Below are positions 46,623 to 53,110 of a stretch of DNA of 64,000 nt, piece by piece. The translations under genes were made by a program, and so were the position numbers. Within the stretch, counting starts at the first letter, position 1, and each line of letters opens with the position of its first letter. Source of the stretch: a virus (Duplodnaviria; Heunggongvirae; Uroviricota; Caudoviricetes); the IMG/VR virus record IMGVR_UViG_3300021400_005610; one strand, 5' to 3'. The notes beneath the pieces were generated by a model. It was not told the origin of the DNA. It was given only the letters and a program-made list of their open reading frames with translations, and did not search any database.

Positions 46623-46859
46623 ATGGTATCTGTAAGGGTGTTATTGAATTCATTGGAAAAGGTTAAGTCTTTTGTTTCGATTGTCGGTAAGTTTGATGCA
46701 GATATGGAAATTGTTTCTGGTAAGTATATTGTTGATGCAAAGTCTATTATGGGTTTATTCAGTATGAATTTGTTAGAGCCAATGACGTTGGTTATTAAAG
46801 CAGACAATCCTGCTTGTGTGAATGTATTGGATGATATTAGACCATATGTTTATGGTTGA
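46623..46859 (+). CDS. HPr/Crh-like phosphocarrier-fold protein lacking the His15 active site
   Basis: 78 aa with a GAAAGGA RBS. GKYIVDAKSIMGLFSMNL matches the HPr Ser46 region (KSIMG), but the His15 position is replaced (LNSLEK), as in Crh. Confidence 0.55.
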   Translation: MVSVRVLLNSLEKVKSFVSIVGKFDADMEIVSGKYIVDAKSIMGLFSMNLLEPMTLVIKADNPACVNVLDDIRPYVYG

Positions 46860-46862
46860 TAT

Positions 46863-46940
46863 GCGCTTGTAGCTTAATTGGTAGAGCAGCGGACTCTTAA
46901 TCCGAAGGTTTTGGGGGTTCAAGTCCCTTCAGGCGCACCA
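46863..46940 (+). tRNA. tRNA-Lys (CTT)
   Basis: Acceptor gcgcttg/caggcgc, D-arm gctt-aattggta-gagc, anticodon arm gcgga-ctCTTaa-tccga, T-arm ggggg-ttcaagt-ccctt, CCA. Confidence 0.75.
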
Positions 46941-46988
46941 TCGAGTCCTACTATTGTCATTAGGCTGTTGAGCCGTAAGGAGGACATT

Positions 46989-47585
46989 ATGAGTTATTAC
47001 TATAATTATTATGTCGGATATAAGAAAGATGGAAAGATTTATCCGTGGGGTCCTTACAATGCGAATGGTAAGTTAGAACCAATGGTCAGTCGTTCCAGAT
47101 CTTTTGCTTCGGATTTACATGAGGAGTTTGATACTGTATCTGATAAGGAAGTTTCAGAAGAACTTCGTAAAGAATTTGAGTATGAGGATTGGAATAAGGT
47201 CAAGCATCTTGATGTAAAATATCTTTCCGAAAAGGATTTACCGACAGGAAGTTATATTAGGACAGGTTATTTTTTGATTAAAGATGTCCAAGCATATGAG
47301 CATGATGAGTATGGTAATTTCGAAGGTTTTTATGATGTCCTTAGTCCTGAAGTTTATGCGGCAAAATTACAGCATGAAATGATGTTTGGTAAGAATCAAC
47401 CTGAGAAAGACGATGAAGGCAATGAATATACAGAGCCAAATGCATCGGATTATATGTACTATGCGTATCCTAATTATGAGACGAAAGAGTACGAATCGTT
47501 CATTCTTCGGCAGTTAATTGAGGCTTTGCGTGATTATCGTTTGGGTAATGATATTGAGTATGTCGTTTTAGAAACGGAAGGTTGA
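46989..47585 (+). CDS. hypothetical protein (Tyr-rich N-terminus)
   Basis: Strong RBS GTAAGGAGG. The track ORF start at 46878 overlaps the tRNA and is rejected in favour of ATG 46989. Confidence 0.55.
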   Translation: MSYYYNYYVGYKKDGKIYPWGPYNANGKLEPMVSRSRSFASDLHEEFDTVSDKEVSEELRKEFEYEDWNKVKHLDVKYLSEKDLPTGSYIRTGYFLIKDVQAYEHDEYGNFEGFYDVLSPEVYAAKLQHEMMFGKNQPEKDDEGNEYTEPNASDYMYYAYPNYETKEYESFILRQLIEALRDYRLGNDIEYVVLETEG

Positions 47586-47596
47586 TCCTTTCGTAT

Positions 47597-47670
47597 CGAG
47601 ATGGTGGTGTAATGGTAGCACGCATCGTTCGGGACGATGAGGCGACGTTCAAATCGTACCATTTCGACCA
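47597..47670 (+). tRNA. tRNA-Pro (CGG)
   Basis: Acceptor cgagatg/catttcg, anticodon arm catcg-ttCGGga-cgatg with G37. The T-arm is weak at 3 bp. CCA. Confidence 0.6.
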
Positions 47671-47696
47671 ATTTCTTATGTAAAGGGGTTAACGGT

Positions 47697-47966
47697 ATGT
47701 TCCATAACATTGTGATTGGCAGACCTTTGGTTGAGCCGTGGAAGTTAATTTCAAGTTCTAAAGAAGAGTTTGAAAGATTTGATAAACGCGATACGTTATT
47801 TACCAATGAGAGGTTTCTTCCAGCTGTGCTTGTAGAAGCAAATGTCGTATCTTCTCGTGGAGAAGTTCGAAGAAATAAACCAGAATTATGTAAGGAACTG
47901 AATAATTTGGATTGTTTGTGGGTAAAATGGGGGAAACAGAAGATTTATGTGATTGTTGGTGAGTAA
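47697..47966 (+). CDS. hypothetical protein
   Basis: ATG 47697 is preceded by AAAGGGG. The track ORF start at 47637 overlaps the tRNA. Confidence 0.45.
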   Translation: MFHNIVIGRPLVEPWKLISSSKEEFERFDKRDTLFTNERFLPAVLVEANVVSSRGEVRRNKPELCKELNNLDCLWVKWGKQKIYVIVGE

Positions 47967-47969
47967 TTT

Positions 47970-48045
47970 GCGTCTGTAGCTTAGGCGGTAGAGCAGCGGA
48001 CTTTTAATCCGAAGGTCGGGAGTTCAAGTCTCCCCAGACGCACCA
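47970..48045 (+). tRNA. tRNA-Lys (TTT)
   Basis: Perfect acceptor gcgtctg/cagacgc, anticodon arm gcgga-ctTTTaa-tccga, T-arm gggag-ttcaagt-ctccc, CCA. Confidence 0.85.
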
Positions 48046-48340
48046 GTGTGTTGGTAGCCAAGCAATAAAAGGCAGTAAGACAATAGCGGTTCCATTAAGC
48101 AGAACACTTGGAGAACGAACTCCAGAGCGCATGGCGGCTAAGAGAGACTCTGTATAGTAAAATGACCGAGTGCTGAAGCATTTATATTATGCAGAGGGAG
48201 ACCCAATCGACAAGGTGAATGAGGTCGAGCCTACGCAGTTTCACCAAATAACGTTGTGTCACTCTGTATGGAACGTCGTGTGATTGATGTCGAAACCTGC
48301 GTCGTGGATGCAGAAGTCGACTACTGCACACCCAACACAC
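48046..48340 (+). ncRNA. candidate ~295-nt structured non-coding RNA between tRNA-Lys and tRNA-Pro
   Basis: No credible ORF on either strand. A terminal 9-bp helix gtgtgttgg(48046)/ccaacacac(48332) closes the element. Internal helices are tggag-aacgaa-ctcca, tcgac-13nt-gtcga, a long-range acgcagtttc/gaaac-c-tgcgt pairing (48234/48292), and tgcag-10nt-ctgca. Confidence 0.4.
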
Positions 48341-48345
48341 ATTAT

Positions 48346-48421
48346 CTGGGTGTAGTGCAATTGGTAGCATGCGTGATTTGGGATCACGTGGTTGTGGGTT
48401 CAAATCCCGCCACTCAGACCA
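48346..48421 (+). tRNA. tRNA-Pro (TGG)
   Basis: Acceptor ctgggtg/cactcag, anticodon arm cgtga-ttTGGga-tcacg with G37, T-arm gtggg-ttcaaat-cccgc, CCA. Confidence 0.8.
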
Positions 48422-48498
48422 AATTTGTGTATTGTGTTATCTCCGTGGCGGATTTATAATTTTTGTAGAAATAAATCCAGAAAGGATGGTAAGTTGAT

Positions 48499-48972
48499 AT
48501 GGCAAATGAAATCAAAAACGGAAGATTGCATGTTGATGGGAAGAGAATTCCGTTGTCTATGGATGAAGCTCGTTCTATGAAGATGAATGCCTTTACAGGA
48601 CGACAGGTATCTGAAGAAGCATCGGTTGAAATTCCTGAAGATAAGAAGGGTCAATATGCTTTTACACAGGATATTCTGCAGAAGAAGATGAAGCCTGATA
48701 AGGAATTGTCGTATACGGAAGATGAATATAAAGCTGCTGAAGATGTGTATGGCAGAATGCGTACAGCACAATCCATGGCTATGGATAGTTTGATGCCATC
48801 TGATGAAGAGTTTAAGGCTTTAAATACCGATGCGTTTACGGCTGTTACGAGGGATGCTGCTGAGAGAGAAGCTGAAGCAAAGCGTCAGGAGCGTTTGAAG
48901 AAAGCCGAAGAATTGTCGTCACGTGTTAGTGAACCGACAGAATCTCCACTGGCAGAGTACGGAATTTATTAA
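48499..48972 (+). CDS. hypothetical protein
   Basis: 157 aa with an AAAGGATGG RBS. Charged and probably helical. Confidence 0.5.
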   Translation: MANEIKNGRLHVDGKRIPLSMDEARSMKMNAFTGRQVSEEASVEIPEDKKGQYAFTQDILQKKMKPDKELSYTEDEYKAAEDVYGRMRTAQSMAMDSLMPSDEEFKALNTDAFTAVTRDAAEREAEAKRQERLKKAEELSSRVSEPTESPLAEYGIY

Positions 48973-49220
48973 AACTTTTTTCTCGAAATCTATTGATTTC
49001 TGAGTAAAAGTATGGTATTATATAGTTGCGTCGGAAAGACGAGAAGAAATGAGAAAGGATGTCACGAAAATGATGAATTTCACTATGAGTCAAAGTTCAC
49101 AGGTCATTATTCGCTGGTCGCAGGTATGCTCCCAGTTTATTTGTCGTGGACGGGTAACTCATTCCTAATGTGAGATCATCTGATTTTCTTTGTGATATTT
49201 GAGAAAAAGGGGAATCACAA

Positions 49221-49270
49221 CACCGTTCGCGATAGGATAGGATTATCCGAAGCGAGCGGTGTTTTTTATT
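49221..49270 (+). terminator. rho-independent terminator
   Basis: caccgttcgc ...21 nt... gcgagcggtg followed by ttttttatt. Confidence 0.6.
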
Positions 49271-49277
49271 AAAAAAT

Positions 49278-49366
49278 GGTAGTGTCGCTCAATGGTGGAG
49301 CAACTGCCTTGAAAGCAGCCAGTCGAGGGCCTCGACCTGCAGGTTCGAATCCTGCCACTACCGCCA
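49278..49366 (+). tRNA. tRNA-Ser (TGA), type II
   Basis: Perfect acceptor ggtagtg/cactacc. Anticodon loop ctTGAaa. Variable-arm hairpin gtcgagg-gcc-tcgac. T-arm gcagg-ttcgaat-cctgc, CCA. Confidence 0.8.
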
Positions 49367-49461
49367 GGTGATATAAACCTAATTGGTAAGGTCCCTGTCT
49401 CGAAAACAGGTAGTAGCCCTGTTAAAGGGGTGTTTCGGTTCAAGTCCGAATATCACCGCCA
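49367..49461 (+). tRNA. tRNA-Ser (CGA), type II
   Basis: Acceptor ggtgata/tatcacc, anticodon arm cctgt-ctCGAaa-acagg, long variable arm, T-arm ttcgg-ttcaagt-ccgaa, CCA. Confidence 0.8.
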
Positions 49462-49466
49462 CAAAT

Positions 49467-49560
49467 GGAGTCGTAAGCCTAATTGGTAAGGCGCCGATTT
49501 GGAAGGTCGGTAGTAATCCTGCTGAGGGGTGTGTTGGTTCGAGTCCAATCGACTCCGCCA
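49467..49560 (+). tRNA. tRNA-Ser (GGA), type II
   Basis: Acceptor ggagtcg/cgactcc, anticodon arm ccgat-ttGGAag-gtcgg, long variable arm, T-arm gttgg-ttcgagt-ccaat, CCA. Confidence 0.8.
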
Positions 49561-49580
49561 TTTGAAAGGATGTGTGAAGT

Positions 49581-49871
49581 TTGACAGAACAAAGAGTATT
49601 GGAATTTATTCATAGACGCTTTCCTCAGGATTGTAACTGGAAGAATGGAAATTGTTATTTCTTTGCAGTGATTCTAAAAAGTAGATTTCCAGAAGGAATT
49701 ATTCTTTACGATGTGATTGACGGTCATTTTGTGACACACATCGATGGACGAAATTATGACTGGTCGGGTGTTGTTTCTGATGAAGGAAAGCATTATTATG
49801 TTGAGTGGGATTATTTCGATGAGTATGATTCTAATCAGAAGAAATCTGTGATTGACGGATGTATTCTTTGA
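49581..49871 (+). CDS. hypothetical protein (TTG start)
   Basis: GAAAGGA RBS 10 nt upstream of TTG 49581. The only upstream in-frame ATG is immediately followed by a stop. Confidence 0.45.
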   Translation: MTEQRVLEFIHRRFPQDCNWKNGNCYFFAVILKSRFPEGIILYDVIDGHFVTHIDGRNYDWSGVVSDEGKHYYVEWDYFDEYDSNQKKSVIDGCIL

Positions 49872-49876
49872 TAAAT

Positions 49877-49951
49877 AGGGGTATGGTGTTAACGGTAGCA
49901 TATCGGTCTCCAAAACCGCAGGTGAGGGTTCGAGTCCTTCTGCCCCTGCCA
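49877..49951 (+). tRNA. tRNA-Trp (CCA)
   Basis: Acceptor aggggta/tgcccct, anticodon loop ctCCAaa on a 4 bp stem, T-arm gaggg-ttcgagt-ccttc, CCA. Confidence 0.7.
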
Positions 49952-50093
49952 CGTTCAGAGTCATGAACTGAACGATATCTTAACGATTCGTAAGTGACGT
50001 AATCAGCTGTAAAGACGTGCCACCTGAAGCATTCGATATGTACGGTGCTTTGGGTGAGATCCGACTATGAATCGGCGAAGACGAATCGGATAT

Positions 50094-50170
50094 AGGGTGT
50101 TAGCTCAGCTGGGACGAGCATTTGTCTTACAAGCAAAAGGTCGTGGGTTCGATCCCCACACACCCTACCA
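50094..50170 (+). tRNA. tRNA-Val (TAC)
   Basis: D-arm gctc-agctgggac-gagc, anticodon arm tttgt-ctTACaa-gcaaa, T-arm gtggg-ttcgatc-cccac, CCA. Confidence 0.8.
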
Positions 50171-50245
50171 TGGGATATGGCGTAATTGGTAACGCATCGG
50201 ACTCTGACTCCGAAGTTACAGGTTCAAGTCCTGTTGTCCCAGCCA
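50171..50245 (+). tRNA. tRNA-Gln (CTG)
   Basis: A U1-A72 pair as in bacterial tRNA-Gln. Anticodon arm tcgga-ctCTGac-tccga, T-arm acagg-ttcaagt-cctgt, CCA. Confidence 0.8.
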
Positions 50246-50320
50246 TGGGTTATAGCGTAAGTGGTAGCGCACGGGACTTTGACTCCCGACGTACAGGTTC
50301 GAGCCCTGTTAGCCCAGCCA
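50246..50320 (+). tRNA. tRNA-Gln (TTG)
   Basis: Acceptor tgggtta/tagccca, anticodon arm cggga-ctTTGac-tcccg, T-arm acagg-ttcgagc-cctgt, CCA. Confidence 0.8.
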
Positions 50321-50414
50321 GGAGACGTAGCATAGTCGGTCGAATGCACCCGCCTGCTAAGCGGGAGAACGGTGAATAATCGTTCCGAGGGTTCGAATCC
50401 CTCCGTCTCCGCCA
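50321..50414 (+). tRNA. tRNA-Ser (GCT), type II
   Basis: Perfect acceptor ggagacg/cgtctcc, anticodon arm cccgc-ctGCTaa-gcggg, long variable arm, T-arm gaggg-ttcgaat-ccctc, CCA. Confidence 0.85.
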
Positions 50415-50453
50415 TGTTGTATTGATTGGCTTTTATTATGAAAGGTTGTGATT

Positions 50454-50960
50454 ATGAGTATAGAAACTGCAGAAGCGTTATTTAAGAAATATGATGGTCA
50501 TATTAATCTTTTACGGAAAAACGAACCGTCATCGTATGCAATCATAAGCGCTGCGTGCTTGAGTGATGATTGTTACGAAGAGTGGCGTAAAGAAATTTTG
50601 GACGGCATAACGCAAATGGGTGTTTCTGATATTTTCAATATTACATGGTTTATTCGTTTTGTGTCTGTATTTAAAGAAATGAATCGGAATGAAACATATC
50701 GGTTTGATTGTTTGGTTGATTTATTGAGAGCATATGTGAAGAGCAATGATTCTTGTAAGATCGAGATATTGCGTAAGATGGTTGGTAATGTTCGTTTCGG
50801 TTATCGAGATGGCTTGCTTTATTGGGTGTTACGAAATACTTCTGGATTTAGTGTCGTAGAGGCTATTATGCAGCAGAATTATGTAAATGTAGATTCTAAT
50901 AATCCTTCTTTAGTTGATCTGAGTGAGCAATATAAGAAGGCTGTATATAAATTTGTGTGA
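50454..50960 (+). CDS. hypothetical protein
   Basis: ATG 50454 has a GAAAGG RBS. The track start GTG 50448 is also possible. Confidence 0.5.
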   Translation: MSIETAEALFKKYDGHINLLRKNEPSSYAIISAACLSDDCYEEWRKEILDGITQMGVSDIFNITWFIRFVSVFKEMNRNETYRFDCLVDLLRAYVKSNDSCKIEILRKMVGNVRFGYRDGLLYWVLRNTSGFSVVEAIMQQNYVNVDSNNPSLVDLSEQYKKAVYKFV

Positions 50961-50965
50961 TATTT

Positions 50966-51042
50966 GACTGCGTACCCAAGTGGCTTAAGGGGGCAGACTG
51001 CAAATCTGTTATTCGTTGGTTCGAATCCAACCGTAGTCTCCA
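50966..51042 (+). tRNA. tRNA-Cys (GCA)
   Basis: Acceptor gactgcg/cgtagtc, anticodon arm gcaga-ctGCAaa-tctgt, T-arm gttgg-ttcgaat-ccaac, CCA. Confidence 0.75.
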
Positions 51043-51119
51043 TCTGGAGTAGCTCAGACGGTTAGAGCGTCCGCCTGATAAGCGGGAGGTCGGCAGTTCA
51101 AGTCTGCCCTTCAGAACCA
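51043..51119 (+). tRNA. tRNA-Ile (GAT)
   Basis: D-arm gctc-agacggtta-gagc, anticodon arm tccgc-ctGATaa-gcggg, T-arm ggcag-ttcaagt-ctgcc, CCA. U1-A72 is unusual. Confidence 0.75.
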
Positions 51120-51195
51120 GTCCCCATAGGCTAATGGAATAGACCCTTCGGCTACGAACCGAACAGTGGAGGTTCGAATCCTCCTGGGGATGCCA
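51120..51195 (+). tRNA. tRNA-Arg (ACG)
   Basis: Acceptor gtcccca/tggggat, anticodon arm ttcgg-ctACGaa-ccgaa, T-arm ggagg-ttcgaat-cctcc, CCA. Confidence 0.8.
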
Positions 51196-51261
51196 TTGCA
51201 TAAGACGTTATGCAATCACATGTTATGGTATACCAGAAATTGAGAAAGGAGCTCCTGTGTA

Positions 51262-51912
51262 ATGAAAGAAAATTTAACTGAGTTGGTGTTTATTCTGGAT
51301 AGAAGCGGTTCTATGAGTGCTTTGACAGATGACACAATTGGTGGGTTCAATTCTTTGATTGAGTCCCAGAAAGCAGAAGAGGGCGAAGCGTTCGTCACAA
51401 CTGTATTGTTTGACGATAAGTACGAATTATTGCATGATCATGTGAATATCAAGGATGTTCTGCCTTTGACACGGAAAGAGTATTTCGCAAGAGGTATGAC
51501 AGCATTGTTAGATGCGATTGGTCGTACCATCAATACGATTGGTGAGAGACTTGCAAAGACGCCTGAAGAGGAACGTCCGAGTCGTGTTGTAATTGCCATC
51601 ACGACAGATGGCTTTGAAAATGCAAGTAAGGAATTTACGAAGAAACAGATTAAGGACATGATTGAGCATCAGCAGTCCAAGTATTCTTGGGTGTTTATGT
51701 TCCTTGGTGCAAATATGGACGCTGTTTCTGAGGCTGAGTCTCTTGGTATTCGTGGAACGATGGCAAGAACGTATACGAATTCGAGCAGAGGTGTGGAAAC
51801 TGTTTACACAGCAATGTCTGCTTCGATGAGCTTGGCTCGTGAGGCTAAGTCTTCTGTATGTTTGGATGATTTGGCTGCAGAAATGAGTTCTGCATTGGAT
51901 GAAGTCGAATAA
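51262..51912 (+). CDS. von Willebrand factor type A (vWA) domain protein
   Basis: MIDAS motif DRSGSMS near the N-terminus (ILDRSGSMSALTDD), then conserved T and D positions. GAAAGGAG RBS. Confidence 0.8.
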   Translation: MKENLTELVFILDRSGSMSALTDDTIGGFNSLIESQKAEEGEAFVTTVLFDDKYELLHDHVNIKDVLPLTRKEYFARGMTALLDAIGRTINTIGERLAKTPEEERPSRVVIAITTDGFENASKEFTKKQIKDMIEHQQSKYSWVFMFLGANMDAVSEAESLGIRGTMARTYTNSSRGVETVYTAMSASMSLAREAKSSVCLDDLAAEMSSALDEVE

Positions 51913-52058
51913 TTTGATGATTCTGGATGGCGAGAAGTCTTTTGGCTTCTCGCTATTTTTGTTGGAAATGATATATTGCGTTATTACAGAAACGCATTTA
52001 TAATTAAGTTTAGAAATGAATGTATTTTTAATGTTTGACAGAAAGTGAGGTTATTCTT

Positions 52059-52889
52059 ATGTTATCGGATTCCACTGTTGGAAAGTTTTTAGAGTCTACG
52101 GGTGAAAATCCTATATTTGCACAAGTTGATCTCTACGATACACCGTCGTTTTATCGTGATGATTTTGAAGTGCCATATGCTCGTGCTCAGGTTGCTGTTT
52201 TAAATTGCAGTCGTGATCTAGCAGATGATAATGTTTATGCACGTATGGCAGTTTTAGATGTTGATAATATTGGTACGAGTTATATTTATCGTCAATTGTC
52301 TCATGGTGACTATTTGACGCGTGATGTTACGGATCTTGAGGGTTCTATTTTGGAACCGACTAAAGATTTGAAAAATAAGTATAATGATTTTATAGCATTG
52401 CATGAGCAGTCTCCCTATGTGGTGCATGGTTGTCTTTATGAGCCAACGAAACCAAATATGGAACATGTTGAACCGATTCCAGGTACGGAACGTGAGTTTG
52501 ATTTGGAAGGTAAGACATTAAAAGATGGTCGTGCAATTACGTCAGTGGATTTAGCATGTCAGTGGCTTTTGGAAAATCAGCATGCATATATTCAGGGTGC
52601 TCATTTTTCTCAACATTATCCTGGTGATGTGAATAGACCTATTCCATCAGGAAATTTCTTGTATGTTGAAGTTCCTCATGGATGCAGTTCGTATCCAGAT
52701 GGTGCGTTTGAGACTTTTGAAAATCGTCGTAAATATGCTGAGATTCAGGCTCAGAATTTTGGTACAAAGATTGGTGGTCCAACAGCAGAAGAAATTCTTA
52801 GAGAACAGAGGACGAAGGAACGTCCTTTACCTGTCAGTCCTAATAAGTATGGTCAGAAACAGACTGAAGGTCAGTTGACTTTAGAGTAA
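52059..52889 (+). CDS. hypothetical protein
   Basis: ATG 52059 has a GTGAGG RBS. A TTGCGT-17-TATAAT promoter lies at 51976-52004. The terminator hairpin at 52953-52987 follows. Confidence 0.55.
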   Translation: MLSDSTVGKFLESTGENPIFAQVDLYDTPSFYRDDFEVPYARAQVAVLNCSRDLADDNVYARMAVLDVDNIGTSYIYRQLSHGDYLTRDVTDLEGSILEPTKDLKNKYNDFIALHEQSPYVVHGCLYEPTKPNMEHVEPIPGTEREFDLEGKTLKDGRAITSVDLACQWLLENQHAYIQGAHFSQHYPGDVNRPIPSGNFLYVEVPHGCSSYPDGAFETFENRRKYAEIQAQNFGTKIGGPTAEEILREQRTKERPLPVSPNKYGQKQTEGQLTLE

Positions 52890-52952
52890 TTCTATACGAA
52901 AATAATGCGACAATTATGGGTCCAAAACCTAGTTTTTGAGTTGTTGAAATTG

Positions 52953-52987
52953 AAACGGAGAGGTTTTTATCCTCTCCGTTTTTTTAT
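52953..52987 (+). terminator. rho-independent terminator
   Basis: aaacggagagg-ttttat-cctctccgttt plus a T-run. Confidence 0.7.
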
Positions 52988-53030
52988 TGTGTTTCAGACT
53001 ATGTTTTTTGGAAATATCTTATATTTTTTA

Positions 53031-53059
53031 TTGATAAATGAGCCTTTCTATGCTATAAT
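53031..53059 (+). promoter_or_regulatory. sigma70-like promoter (TTGATA-17-TGcTATAAT)
   Basis: Extended -10 with consensus -35, upstream of the helicase gene. Confidence 0.6.
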
Positions 53060-53110
53060 ATTTGTAGCTTAAATGGGCTTTAGTTCGCATTTAGGAAAGG
53101 ATTGAATGGA

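Noticed and set aside
49379-49565. 60-aa ORFs on both strands
   Set aside because: Both lie inside tRNA-Ser(CGA) and tRNA-Ser(GGA).
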